Shown piece after piece: positions 17,310-24,752 of a stretch of DNA of 31,951 nt. The position numbers and the translations under genes are program-made. Location of the stretch: NCBI GenBank assembly GCA_034190465.1, contig JAXINV010000079.1, forward strand, positions 1-31,951, written 5' to 3'. Below the pieces are notes generated by a model, which was not told the DNA's origin, ran no database searches, and saw nothing but the letters and a program-made list of their open reading frames with translations. The stretch comes from Candidatus Asbonarchaeum danakilense (GTDB lineage Archaea; Nanohalarchaeota; Nanosalinia; Nanosalinales; Nanoanaerosalinaceae). The first letter of the stretch is position 1. Each line of letters opens with the position of its first letter.

Positions 17310-18815
17310 ATGACTGATGAACAAGAACTCGGTATCACGGTGAGCAAGGACCAAAACATGTCCGACTGGTACACCCAGGTCGTGAAGAAGGCGGAGCTGG
17401 CGGACTACGCGCCGGTGAAGGGCTGCATGGTGATCAGGCCGTACGCCATGGATATCTGGGACCGGTTGAAGGACGTGTTCGACGACTGGATCGAGGACGA
17501 GGTCGATAACGCATACTTCCCGCTGTTCATCCCGGAGTCCTACCTGGAGAAGGAGAAGGACATCGTCGAGGGCTTCGACCCGGAGGTCGCCTGGGTGGAG
17601 AACGCGGGTCAGGATGAAGAGCTTGAGGAACGCCTGGCGGTCAGGCCGACCAGCGAGTCCATCATCGCGCCGTTCATGGCGGACTGGATCCGCAGCCACC
17701 GCGACCTCCCGTTCCGCCTCAATCAGTGGTGCAACGTGGTCCGCTGGGAGGCGACGGACACCCGTCCATTCCTCAGGACCCGCGAGTTCCTCTGGCAGGA
17801 GGGCCACACCGCCCACAAGGATGAGGAGAGCGCGACAGAAGAGGTGATGAAGCGGCTGGACCAGTACGCCCGGCTGTACGAGGACTACCTGGCGATCCCG
17901 GTGCTGAAGGGCCGGAAGCCGGAGCATGACAAGTTCCCTGGCGCGATCGTCACGACGACAGTCGAGTCCCTGATGCCGGACGGGAAGTCGATTCAGGGCG
18001 GGACGTCGCACAACCTGGGCACGAACTTCGCGGAGGCGTTCGACATCGAGTACGAGGACCGCAACCAGGAGAAGCAGTACTGCTACACGTGTTCCTGGGG
18101 GCTGTCGACCCGGGCGCTGGGCGCGCTGATCATGGCGCACGGCGACGACGACGGGCTGGTGCTGCCGCCCGAGGTGGCGCCGACCCAGGTCGTGATCGTG
18201 CCGATCTACCAGGAGGACAACCGTGACGAGGTGCTGGTCTACGCTGACGAGGTCGCTGACCGGCTTGACGGGTTCAGGGTCGAGGTCGACGACCGCGACT
18301 ACAAGACGCCCGGCTTCAAGTTCAACGAACACGAGCTCCGTGGTGTGCCGCTCCGCCTGGAGATCGGTCCCAACGAGGTCGAGGACCAGGTCGTCACGGC
18401 GGCCCGCCGGGACGACGGCAGCCAGGAGGAGCTGGCGCTTGACGGCATCGACGCCGCTGTCGAGGAGCTGCTTGAGGACATCCAGGTCGCGCTGTACGAA
18501 CGCCTGAAGGACTACCGCGACGACCACATCGCTGAGGCGGACAGCTACGAGAAGATCCTGGAGCTGATTGGCCGGCAGCGCGGCTATGTCAAGGCACCGT
18601 GGTGCGGCGATGAGGCCTGCGAGGCGGAGGTCAAGGACCAGGTCCACGCCGAGATCGTGATGGTGCCGTTCGAAGACGAAGATCCGATTTCCGGATCTTC
18701 TGGAAGCACGCGATCTGAAGGATCGGTGCAGGACGAGCAAGAGGAGCTGACCGGCAGCTGCGCCATCTGCGACAAGGACGCAGAGTTCACGGCGTACTTC
18801 GCGAAGAATTACTAG
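17310..18815 (+). CDS. proS: prolyl-tRNA synthetase, archaeal/eukaryotic type
   Basis: WY..VV.KAELADY, RPTSE, LNQWCNVVRWE, PFLRTREFLWQEGHT, QGGTSHNLG, SWGLSTR and the C-terminal C..C...FAKNY. Confidence 0.98.
   Translation: MTDEQELGITVSKDQNMSDWYTQVVKKAELADYAPVKGCMVIRPYAMDIWDRLKDVFDDWIEDEVDNAYFPLFIPESYLEKEKDIVEGFDPEVAWVENAGQDEELEERLAVRPTSESIIAPFMADWIRSHRDLPFRLNQWCNVVRWEATDTRPFLRTREFLWQEGHTAHKDEESATEEVMKRLDQYARLYEDYLAIPVLKGRKPEHDKFPGAIVTTTVESLMPDGKSIQGGTSHNLGTNFAEAFDIEYEDRNQEKQYCYTCSWGLSTRALGALIMAHGDDDGLVLPPEVAPTQVVIVPIYQEDNRDEVLVYADEVADRLDGFRVEVDDRDYKTPGFKFNEHELRGVPLRLEIGPNEVEDQVVTAARRDDGSQEELALDGIDAAVEELLEDIQVALYERLKDYRDDHIAEADSYEKILELIGRQRGYVKAPWCGDEACEAEVKDQVHAEIVMVPFEDEDPISGSSGSTRSEGSVQDEQEELTGSCAICDKDAEFTAYFAKNY
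18675..18736. repeat. 57-nt two-hairpin palindromic element in frame within proS
   Basis: GACGA direct repeats 57 nt apart enclose GAAGATCCG-ATTTC-CGGATCTTC and GCAC(G)CGATC-TGAAG-GATCGGTGC. Confidence 0.65.
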
Positions 18816-18985
18816 CGTAATTCTTCAGTTCCTCCGTCCGTCGCCGGACTCCGGTTGCCAAGAACTACTAGCGTAGTTCTTGTCTGCCCCTCACAACCTC
18901 CGGTAGCTCGGTTGCGAAAAACTACTGACGTAGTTTTTCATTTTCTCACGCGCCAGTGGCGGGTTCGGTCGCGAAGAACTACTGG
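18801..18985. repeat. tandem array of palindromic repeats copying the proS 3' end (period 56/57/57)
   Basis: Copies at 18801, 18857, 18914 and 18971. The first three are perfect 10-bp hairpins separated by about 30-nt variable spacers that end in CGGTY. Confidence 0.9.
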
Positions 18986-19089
18986 TGGGCTGGCCGCCCG
19001 TCGATCTGTTTTTTCTCTTTCCTGACAGCTGTGACGACGCATCGGCCGCTGCCGACATCCTTTAAAATCTCGGTGCCCGGTTGTGACGT

Positions 19090-19755
19090 ATGACTGACGA
19101 TATGCTGACCGGTGAGGAGCGCCGGTACCGGGAGTTCATGGCCGACGTGTTTGTCGGCCTTGAGGCGGACGATATCGAACCGTACGAGCACGATCAGCTG
19201 CGGATCGAGTACGGCGACGGCAGCAAACGGTACACATTGACACAGGAGGACTTCGACGAGATCACCGGCGACATGCTGGACGACGCACTCGAGCGGTACC
19301 ACGAGGACGGCGACGATGCACCGGAGCCGGAAGCGGTCGCAGCGCTGGCGGAGGCCCACACCGCCCGCGACGACCTGCCGACCGAGGACGAGCTCGAGGA
19401 GTGGCGTGACCCGGTCGAGGACATGCGTGTCGCGCTGACATCGACGACCGGGTTCAACGTCGCGGAGTACGTCGACGACTCGAAGTACGACGACTGGCAG
19501 GACGGAGGCCTGGACGCGTTCCTCGATTATCCCGACGAGACCGACGAGTTCGACGGCTTTCGGGACTGGTACGACCAGACGGTGCGGAACCTGGAGCTGA
19601 TGGACTACGACGAGCCGGAGCGGATCCTGACCGAGATCGCCAACCTGCCGTACGACGAGCCGGTCCACGATGTGCCGGACCGGTCGGTGACGGCGAAGGT
19701 GCAGGCCGCGGTGTCGTCGCTTCTCAGCGGCGGTGAACGCGTCGGCCCGGCGTAG
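19090..19755 (+). CDS. highly acidic hypothetical protein
   Basis: 221-aa ORF. TTTAAAA at 19061-19067 (leaderless start). Confidence 0.75.
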   Translation: MTDDMLTGEERRYREFMADVFVGLEADDIEPYEHDQLRIEYGDGSKRYTLTQEDFDEITGDMLDDALERYHEDGDDAPEPEAVAALAEAHTARDDLPTEDELEEWRDPVEDMRVALTSTTGFNVAEYVDDSKYDDWQDGGLDAFLDYPDETDEFDGFRDWYDQTVRNLELMDYDEPERILTEIANLPYDEPVHDVPDRSVTAKVQAAVSSLLSGGERVGPA

Positions 19756-19801
19756 CCGGGGCGCCGCTACATTTTTGTTGCTCCGCCGACAAGTCTTCTT
19801 C

Positions 19802-20260
19802 ATGGATCGACACCGGCTCCGTGAGAGGATCTACGAATACGATGCGAGGATCGCCCCTTGGCTCAGTCAGGAGGGTGTCGTCGTGCTGCGGTACAGTCTG
19901 GCACTGATCTTCATCTGGTTCGGCGCGCTGAAGCCGCTGGGGCTGAGTCCGGCTGCGGGCTTTGCCAGTCGGACGATCCCGTGGATGCCTGCAGATATCT
20001 GGATCCCATTGCTCGGTTTCTGGGAGGTTGCGATCGGCCTCTGCTTCCTCTACCGCCCACTGATCCGTGTCGCCCTGCCGTTGATGGGGCTGCACATGCT
20101 GGGGACGTTCTCAACGTTCTTCCTGCTACCTGAAGCGGTCTTTGCCCAGTTCCCGTTCGTGCTGACGATGGAGGGACAGTACGTGGTGAAGAATCTGGTC
20201 CTGATCGGGGCCGCGATGGTGGTCGGCGGTATCGTGACGGGGGAGACAAGCTCTTCGTGA
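19802..20260 (+). CDS. DoxX/DUF417 (YkgB-like) membrane protein
   Basis: LRYSLALIFIWFGALK, LGFWEVAIG and EGQYVVKNLVL motifs. Four hydrophobic segments. Confidence 0.82.
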   Translation: MDRHRLRERIYEYDARIAPWLSQEGVVVLRYSLALIFIWFGALKPLGLSPAAGFASRTIPWMPADIWIPLLGFWEVAIGLCFLYRPLIRVALPLMGLHMLGTFSTFFLLPEAVFAQFPFVLTMEGQYVVKNLVLIGAAMVVGGIVTGETSSS

Positions 20261-20279
20261 GAAGTGGAAAGGAAAGGGA
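20261..20279 (-). terminator. pyrimidine-rich terminator of the 171-nt RNA
   Basis: Minus strand reads TCCCTTTCCTTTCCACTTC directly after the closing stem. Confidence 0.5.
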
Positions 20280-20450
20280 GGAAACACCCCGCCGTCCCCT
20301 ATCGGCCGTGGAGTTATGACCGATGTGTTAGAGTGACTTCCCATCACACCCGGTTGCGGAGAGGTGGGTTATCGGGCATCCTCCCGGTATCCCCATCCTT
20401 TGCTCTTCGGTTTGGGGACTTTGAGTTGTTCGGGTTGACGGGGCGTATCC
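20280..20450 (-). ncRNA. candidate stand-alone 171-nt structured ncRNA
   Basis: TTATAAA box 23 nt upstream. 14-position terminal helix GGAUACGCCCCGUC/GGCGGGGUGUUUCC. Internal helices ACCCG/CGGGU, GUCCCCA/UGGGGAU, GGGAGG/CCUCUC, GUGAU/GUCAC and AUCGGUC/GGCCGAU. No convincing ORF. Confidence 0.7.
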
Positions 20451-20473
20451 AGTACCGTAGATGCCCGCAAACC

Positions 20474-20480
20474 TTTATAA
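20474..20480. promoter_or_regulatory. TATA box within a quasi-palindrome
   Basis: CAAACC-TTTATAAG-GGTTG. Confidence 0.65.
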
Positions 20481-20614
20481 GGGTTGTCCGGGCCGCCCCG
20501 GCTGGAAGAAAGCGCCTGTCCTGGCTCGGTGCCAGGATTATTAGTATTGGTTCTCCTCCCTTTTATGGATTCCGCCCCTCCACTACATGTCGTACCGTGC
20601 CGCGGTAACAACCA

Positions 20615-20622
20615 TTATATAT
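20615..20622. promoter_or_regulatory. bidirectional TATA box
   Basis: TTATATAT flanked by CAACC and GGTTG. Confidence 0.6.
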
Positions 20623-20655
20623 CGGGGTTGCCAAGTATTGTACCAGAACTTCGAA

Positions 20656-20764
20656 GGCTCCTTGCGGGGGAAGCACAGTTGAGCCAAGCGACAACATCGG
20701 GGGACACGTCAGGAAGATCGGTCGTTCTAGCTTCCGCTATCCACTCTTTCTGCTCCAGGGAGCC
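20656..20764 (+). ncRNA. candidate structured 5' leader of the 929-aa gene
   Basis: 9-bp closing stem GGCUCCUUG/CAGGGAGCC and internal GGAAGC/GCUUCC, followed by SD-like AGGGTGTGA. Confidence 0.45.
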
Positions 20765-20782
20765 CGTCAAGGGTGTGACTAG

Positions 20783-23572
20783 ATGAAGACTGTCAACGAG
20801 TACCAGGACAATCCGGAGGCACGTTACCAAAAAGAGTTCGAATGGCTCAAACAGGGGGATGAACTAGACTCGCGCTACCTGGCCGAGGAATTCGACATCA
20901 GTCCGAGCACCGCCAGGGAGGATCTTTCCGCGCTCAGTGACCGGCTTGGCCTGGAACCGGAACGCGGCGATCACGGCCGCCACGTCTATTCGCTGCCGGT
21001 CGACGATCCGGGCTACCTGGAGAAGTCTGAGGTCCGTGAGGCGGACGATATTGCCAACTACCTCTTCGGCGAGGCCTCCGGCATGCACCGCGATCTGAAC
21101 AACGATGAATGGGAGGAGAAGGAATCCATGACCCTGCTCACCATGTCGGAGCTGGGCTGGGGCACGAAGTTCAGCAGCGAGGAGGCCGTCGACGCGCTCG
21201 CGTACAAACTTGAGGAGAAGATCGATGCCGACGAACTCGACCCCGACGAGAACTTCGGCATCGTGATGAACGGCGGCGTGCTTCCCCGCATCTCGAAGTG
21301 GAACTACAAGACCGCCCGCCACGCCTACCGCGCCCTCGCGGAGTGGGAGGAGAACGAGTCGGACTCCACCGTCGAGGAGCTACGTGATACCGACCAGCTT
21401 GCAGAATACCTTGAGGACGAAAACATCCCGGACGATCCGGAGGAACGGGAGGAGTTCCTGGCTGGTGTCCAGGAGAAGATGGATGAGGTTCTCGACGGCA
21501 ACGAGAACATGCTCACCAACCTGCAGGAGGCCAGCGAGTACGCAGAAGCCCAGGTGGACAAGATCTACGACGCGCTTGGGGCGGAAGCAGATCTCTACAT
21601 GCACATGGGCGAGCAGGACGAGGCCAACATCGAGGACATGGAGGAGCTGAAGATCCAGGAGCTGACCGACGAGGTCGAGGACCGGATGGAGACGCTGCAG
21701 GAGAAGATCGATTCGCGGAACGACATGCTCCAGACGATGTCCCGTGAACTGGCAGACCTCGAGGGCGAACAGTACGACGAGGTCCGGGAGGAGATCGAGG
21801 AACACCTCGCGAACGACCGGGACCCCCGTGAACTGGAGCTCGAGGACTACGATATCGACAGCAGCGACCTGGAGACGTACGAGGAAGCACTTGAGGAACA
21901 GGAAGACCTCATCAAGGAGATCCGAGAGATGGAGCACAACCGGAACGCGATGCTCGTCGAGAAGGCGTTCGGCGAGGCAGCGGACTGGGGCAACCGGAAG
22001 TACCTTCCACCGGACAAGTCCGTACTGGCCCGCAAGCTTGCGGAGCTGGAGTACGAGGAGTACTACCACCAGATCGGCAACGTCGAGGAGGTGGACCGCG
22101 AATCTGACGTTACACGGTTCGACGTCGGCGGGTTCACGGTCGATCTGGCGCACAAGCTCCACTACACGAATACACCGCTCAAGACCGGGTTCAAGAAGGA
22201 GAAACGGAAGTACAAGGACCGTCAGGACGAGGAGGCCGACCTGTTCCTCACCGGCCACCACGGCCCGTTCAAGGCGCAGCAGTTCGTCCACGGCCGGGGC
22301 GAAGACGAGAACGACCACACCTGGATGGTCCAGCTATCAACGTTCATGGACCCTGAGAAACTGGAGGAAAACGGACTGGAGGAAGGCCTGACCCAGCTGC
22401 AGGACGTGAAGCGGATGGGCAAGGGCTTGTTCGACTCCACGGTCTCACTGATCAACATGACGGTCGAGGAAGGTCCTGACGGCGAGCTGCGGAAGCGGTT
22501 CAACGTTGAGGGCTGGGACGGCGAATACCTGAAGCGGCTGGGTGAACAGCTGAACGGTGAGAAGGTGCCGGGCAAGGACTTCGCCGACACGGATGACCGA
22601 CAGCACGTTGTCGCCCGTGGCGACGACCAGATCGGCGCCCAGCACGATATGGAATACATCTACGAACCGCTGACCGAGGAGGTCATCGCCGAGGACTTCC
22701 ACAACATCGATGAGTGGATGGACGGCCTCGAGGGCGACGCGACCGTGATCGAGGTCGGGGACGCGTTCCAGGGTACCGATGTCTACGATGGTCAGCAGCA
22801 GGAGGGCTCGATGTACCTCGGGATGGAGGAGCTCGACCTGAAGTCGGCGATCATCTCGGTGTTCGAGGACGAGGATGTCGAGTTCGAGTCCAAGGACGAG
22901 TTCTACGATTTCCTCCAGGAGACCGACCTTAGCTCAGAGACGCAGATGGCGCTGGACTATGCTGATCACCGCGACAAGCGCCAGGTCCCGGTCAACAACA
23001 TCGCGAAGCAGGGCGAGCTGGTCGAGGAGCTCTTGGTCGACAACTACGAGGAACTGATCGACCGCGGCGCTGATATGATCATCGTGGACGGCAACCACTA
23101 CAACGACAACCTGGACGGCCTCAGTGAGTCGGAGCGGTTGCTGGAGATCTTTGACTCGGAGTACCACGATGAGATCCGCACCGGTGACGGCAACGGTGAC
23201 GGCGACGGCACGTTCTACCTGGAGGGGGAGGACGGTGAGACGCTCCAGGTCCGGGCTAAGCACAGGCCGACAGGTTACGGCGCTGAGACGGTCGACAAGC
23301 TGCTGGACCAGGCGGTGGAGCAGGACACTGACCTTTTCGTCGCAGGCCACCTGCATGTCCCGTCGTTCGGCAAGCAGAACGATCTGATGGCGATGATGCC
23401 GGGATCGGCCCAGGCGACGAACGATTTCGTGAAGGGCTTCACCGATGCGCCGGCCGAGAAGGGCGCGGTCTACCTGTCGATGCCCAGTGACCCGGATAAG
23501 AAGGAGTTCGAGTTCGAGCATGTGTCGGTCAAGGGCCTGAACCCGCTGACAGGAGCTGCCGACGAGGAGTAA
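20783..23572 (+). CDS. wHTH + coiled coil + tandem calcineurin-like metallophosphoesterase protein
   Basis: N-terminal LDSRYLAEEFDISPSTAREDLSAL (DeoR-like HTH). Degenerate domain 1: MSELGWG, NGGVLP, MGEQD, LAHK, TGHHG. Domain 2: GDDQIG, VGDAFQG, DGNHY, AKH, AGHLH. Confidence 0.7.
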   Translation: MKTVNEYQDNPEARYQKEFEWLKQGDELDSRYLAEEFDISPSTAREDLSALSDRLGLEPERGDHGRHVYSLPVDDPGYLEKSEVREADDIANYLFGEASGMHRDLNNDEWEEKESMTLLTMSELGWGTKFSSEEAVDALAYKLEEKIDADELDPDENFGIVMNGGVLPRISKWNYKTARHAYRALAEWEENESDSTVEELRDTDQLAEYLEDENIPDDPEEREEFLAGVQEKMDEVLDGNENMLTNLQEASEYAEAQVDKIYDALGAEADLYMHMGEQDEANIEDMEELKIQELTDEVEDRMETLQEKIDSRNDMLQTMSRELADLEGEQYDEVREEIEEHLANDRDPRELELEDYDIDSSDLETYEEALEEQEDLIKEIREMEHNRNAMLVEKAFGEAADWGNRKYLPPDKSVLARKLAELEYEEYYHQIGNVEEVDRESDVTRFDVGGFTVDLAHKLHYTNTPLKTGFKKEKRKYKDRQDEEADLFLTGHHGPFKAQQFVHGRGEDENDHTWMVQLSTFMDPEKLEENGLEEGLTQLQDVKRMGKGLFDSTVSLINMTVEEGPDGELRKRFNVEGWDGEYLKRLGEQLNGEKVPGKDFADTDDRQHVVARGDDQIGAQHDMEYIYEPLTEEVIAEDFHNIDEWMDGLEGDATVIEVGDAFQGTDVYDGQQQEGSMYLGMEELDLKSAIISVFEDEDVEFESKDEFYDFLQETDLSSETQMALDYADHRDKRQVPVNNIAKQGELVEELLVDNYEELIDRGADMIIVDGNHYNDNLDGLSESERLLEIFDSEYHDEIRTGDGNGDGDGTFYLEGEDGETLQVRAKHRPTGYGAETVDKLLDQAVEQDTDLFVAGHLHVPSFGKQNDLMAMMPGSAQATNDFVKGFTDAPAEKGAVYLSMPSDPDKKEFEFEHVSVKGLNPLTGAADEE

Positions 23573-23578
23573 GACAGG

Positions 23579-23977
23579 TCAGCGCTGTGGCTCGTCCCGC
23601 TGATCGCGGGGCGGCTGCCGCTTCTGTCCCTGCTGACGTCGGCGGGACTGATCTGTGGCCTGCTGTTGCTTCCCCTGCCTTGATCGGGGCTGCTGTTGTG
23701 GCCTCTCATGTCCGGGCTGTTTGTCTTCGCTGCCGGTCAGTAGGTGGTGGATGCCGGTGTAGAACAGGCCGATGACGCCCCATCCGGCCATGAGGCCTCC
23801 GAGGCCGTACAGGGCCCAGCTGCTGTAGGTGAGGAGTGTCGGGATGTTGATAGGTAGTGATTCCATGAACTGGAAGTATGTCTGGGCGGCGGTGTTGAGG
23901 AAGGTGAGTCCGTAGCCGGCACCGGCCACGATGCCGCCGCCGATGATCTGGCCGAGTCGGTGGCTGATTGTGCCCAT
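23579..23977 (-). CDS. hypothetical membrane protein
   Basis: Two TM helices and a Gln/Arg-rich tail. TTAAA at 24001-24005. Confidence 0.7.
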   Translation of the reverse strand: MGTISHRLGQIIGGGIVAGAGYGLTFLNTAAQTYFQFMESLPINIPTLLTYSSWALYGLGGLMAGWGVIGLFYTGIHHLLTGSEDKQPGHERPQQQPRSRQGKQQQATDQSRRRQQGQKRQPPRDQRDEPQR

Positions 23978-24095
23978 GGGCCTTGTTGCGTGGTGCTGTG
24001 TTAAATGCGTTACCGGCTCACGGTCAGATATTTAAAGTTTGTACCTGTATGATGGGATACTGTTCTCGGAAGACGACCACGTTTGGGGTTTTATC

Positions 24096-24737
24096 ATGCA
24101 GAATATGCAAGAGCAGAAGCAGCAGATGGATAACATGGAAACGGGGACCACAACGCTCGGACTCGTGAGTGAGGACGGGGTGGTCCTTGCGACAGATAAC
24201 AGAGCGACGATCGGTAACCTCAAAGCCTCGAAGAAGGCCCAGAAGGTCTACCAGCTGGACGATCAGATTGGTCTGACGATCGCAGGTTCTGTCGGCGACG
24301 CCCAGCGTATCGTCCGTGTGATGCGGTCCCAGTTGAAGCTGTACAAGCTGGAGACGAAGGCGATCTCTGTCGAGGGCGCTGCGACCCTGTTGTCCAACAT
24401 CCTGCAGTCATCGAAGATGCTTCCATATATGAACCAGTTCGTCATCGGCGGTCTTGCCGATGAAGGTGGCGTCCTGTACGATCTCGACCCGATGGGCGGT
24501 CTGATGGAGCATGATGAGTTCACTGCCACGGGTTCAGGCTCAACGATGGCGTATGGCGTCCTTGAGGACGCGTATGATGAAGGCATGGCCGAGGACGATG
24601 CTGTCGAGCTCGCGGTGCGCGCAGTGAGTGCCGCGACCGAGCGCGATGTTGCGTCGGGCGACGGCATCGATGTCGTGACGATAACGGAGGAAGGCTACCA
24701 GGAGGTCGATGACGATCGCATCGAAGACCTGCTGTAG
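24096..24737 (+). CDS. psmB: proteasome beta subunit
   Basis: Short propeptide then G|TTTLG, DNRAT, AGSVGDAQ, ATGSGS and RDVASGDG. Upstream of aCPSF1 (conserved synteny). Confidence 0.97.
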   Translation: MQNMQEQKQQMDNMETGTTTLGLVSEDGVVLATDNRATIGNLKASKKAQKVYQLDDQIGLTIAGSVGDAQRIVRVMRSQLKLYKLETKAISVEGAATLLSNILQSSKMLPYMNQFVIGGLADEGGVLYDLDPMGGLMEHDEFTATGSGSTMAYGVLEDAYDEGMAEDDAVELAVRAVSAATERDVASGDGIDVVTITEEGYQEVDDDRIEDLL

Positions 24738-24752
24738 CCGTGCTTACAGAGC

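Noticed and set aside
18813..18860. Pyrrolysine/selenocysteine readthrough signal after the proS TAG
   Set aside because: AKNY is the normal C-terminus of this ProRS type, the next copy is out of frame (56 nt), and nothing supports recoding.
18801..18985. CRISPR array
   Set aside because: The sizes are CRISPR-like, but the repeats differ with compensatory changes, the first copy is the coding end of proS, and there is no AT-rich leader or cas gene in the window.
20276..20630. RNase P RNA (GAGGAAACACCCC on +; AAAGTCCCC on -)
   Set aside because: The plus-strand match lacks the conserved P4 bulged U and has no room for P1-P3. No CR-V motif (ACAGAA...GCUUA) is present on either strand.
20280..20764. 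SRP RNA, 5S rRNA or tRNA
   Set aside because: No helix-8 CAGG..GGAA..AGCA motif, no 5S conserved loops and no cloverleaf with GTTCRA.
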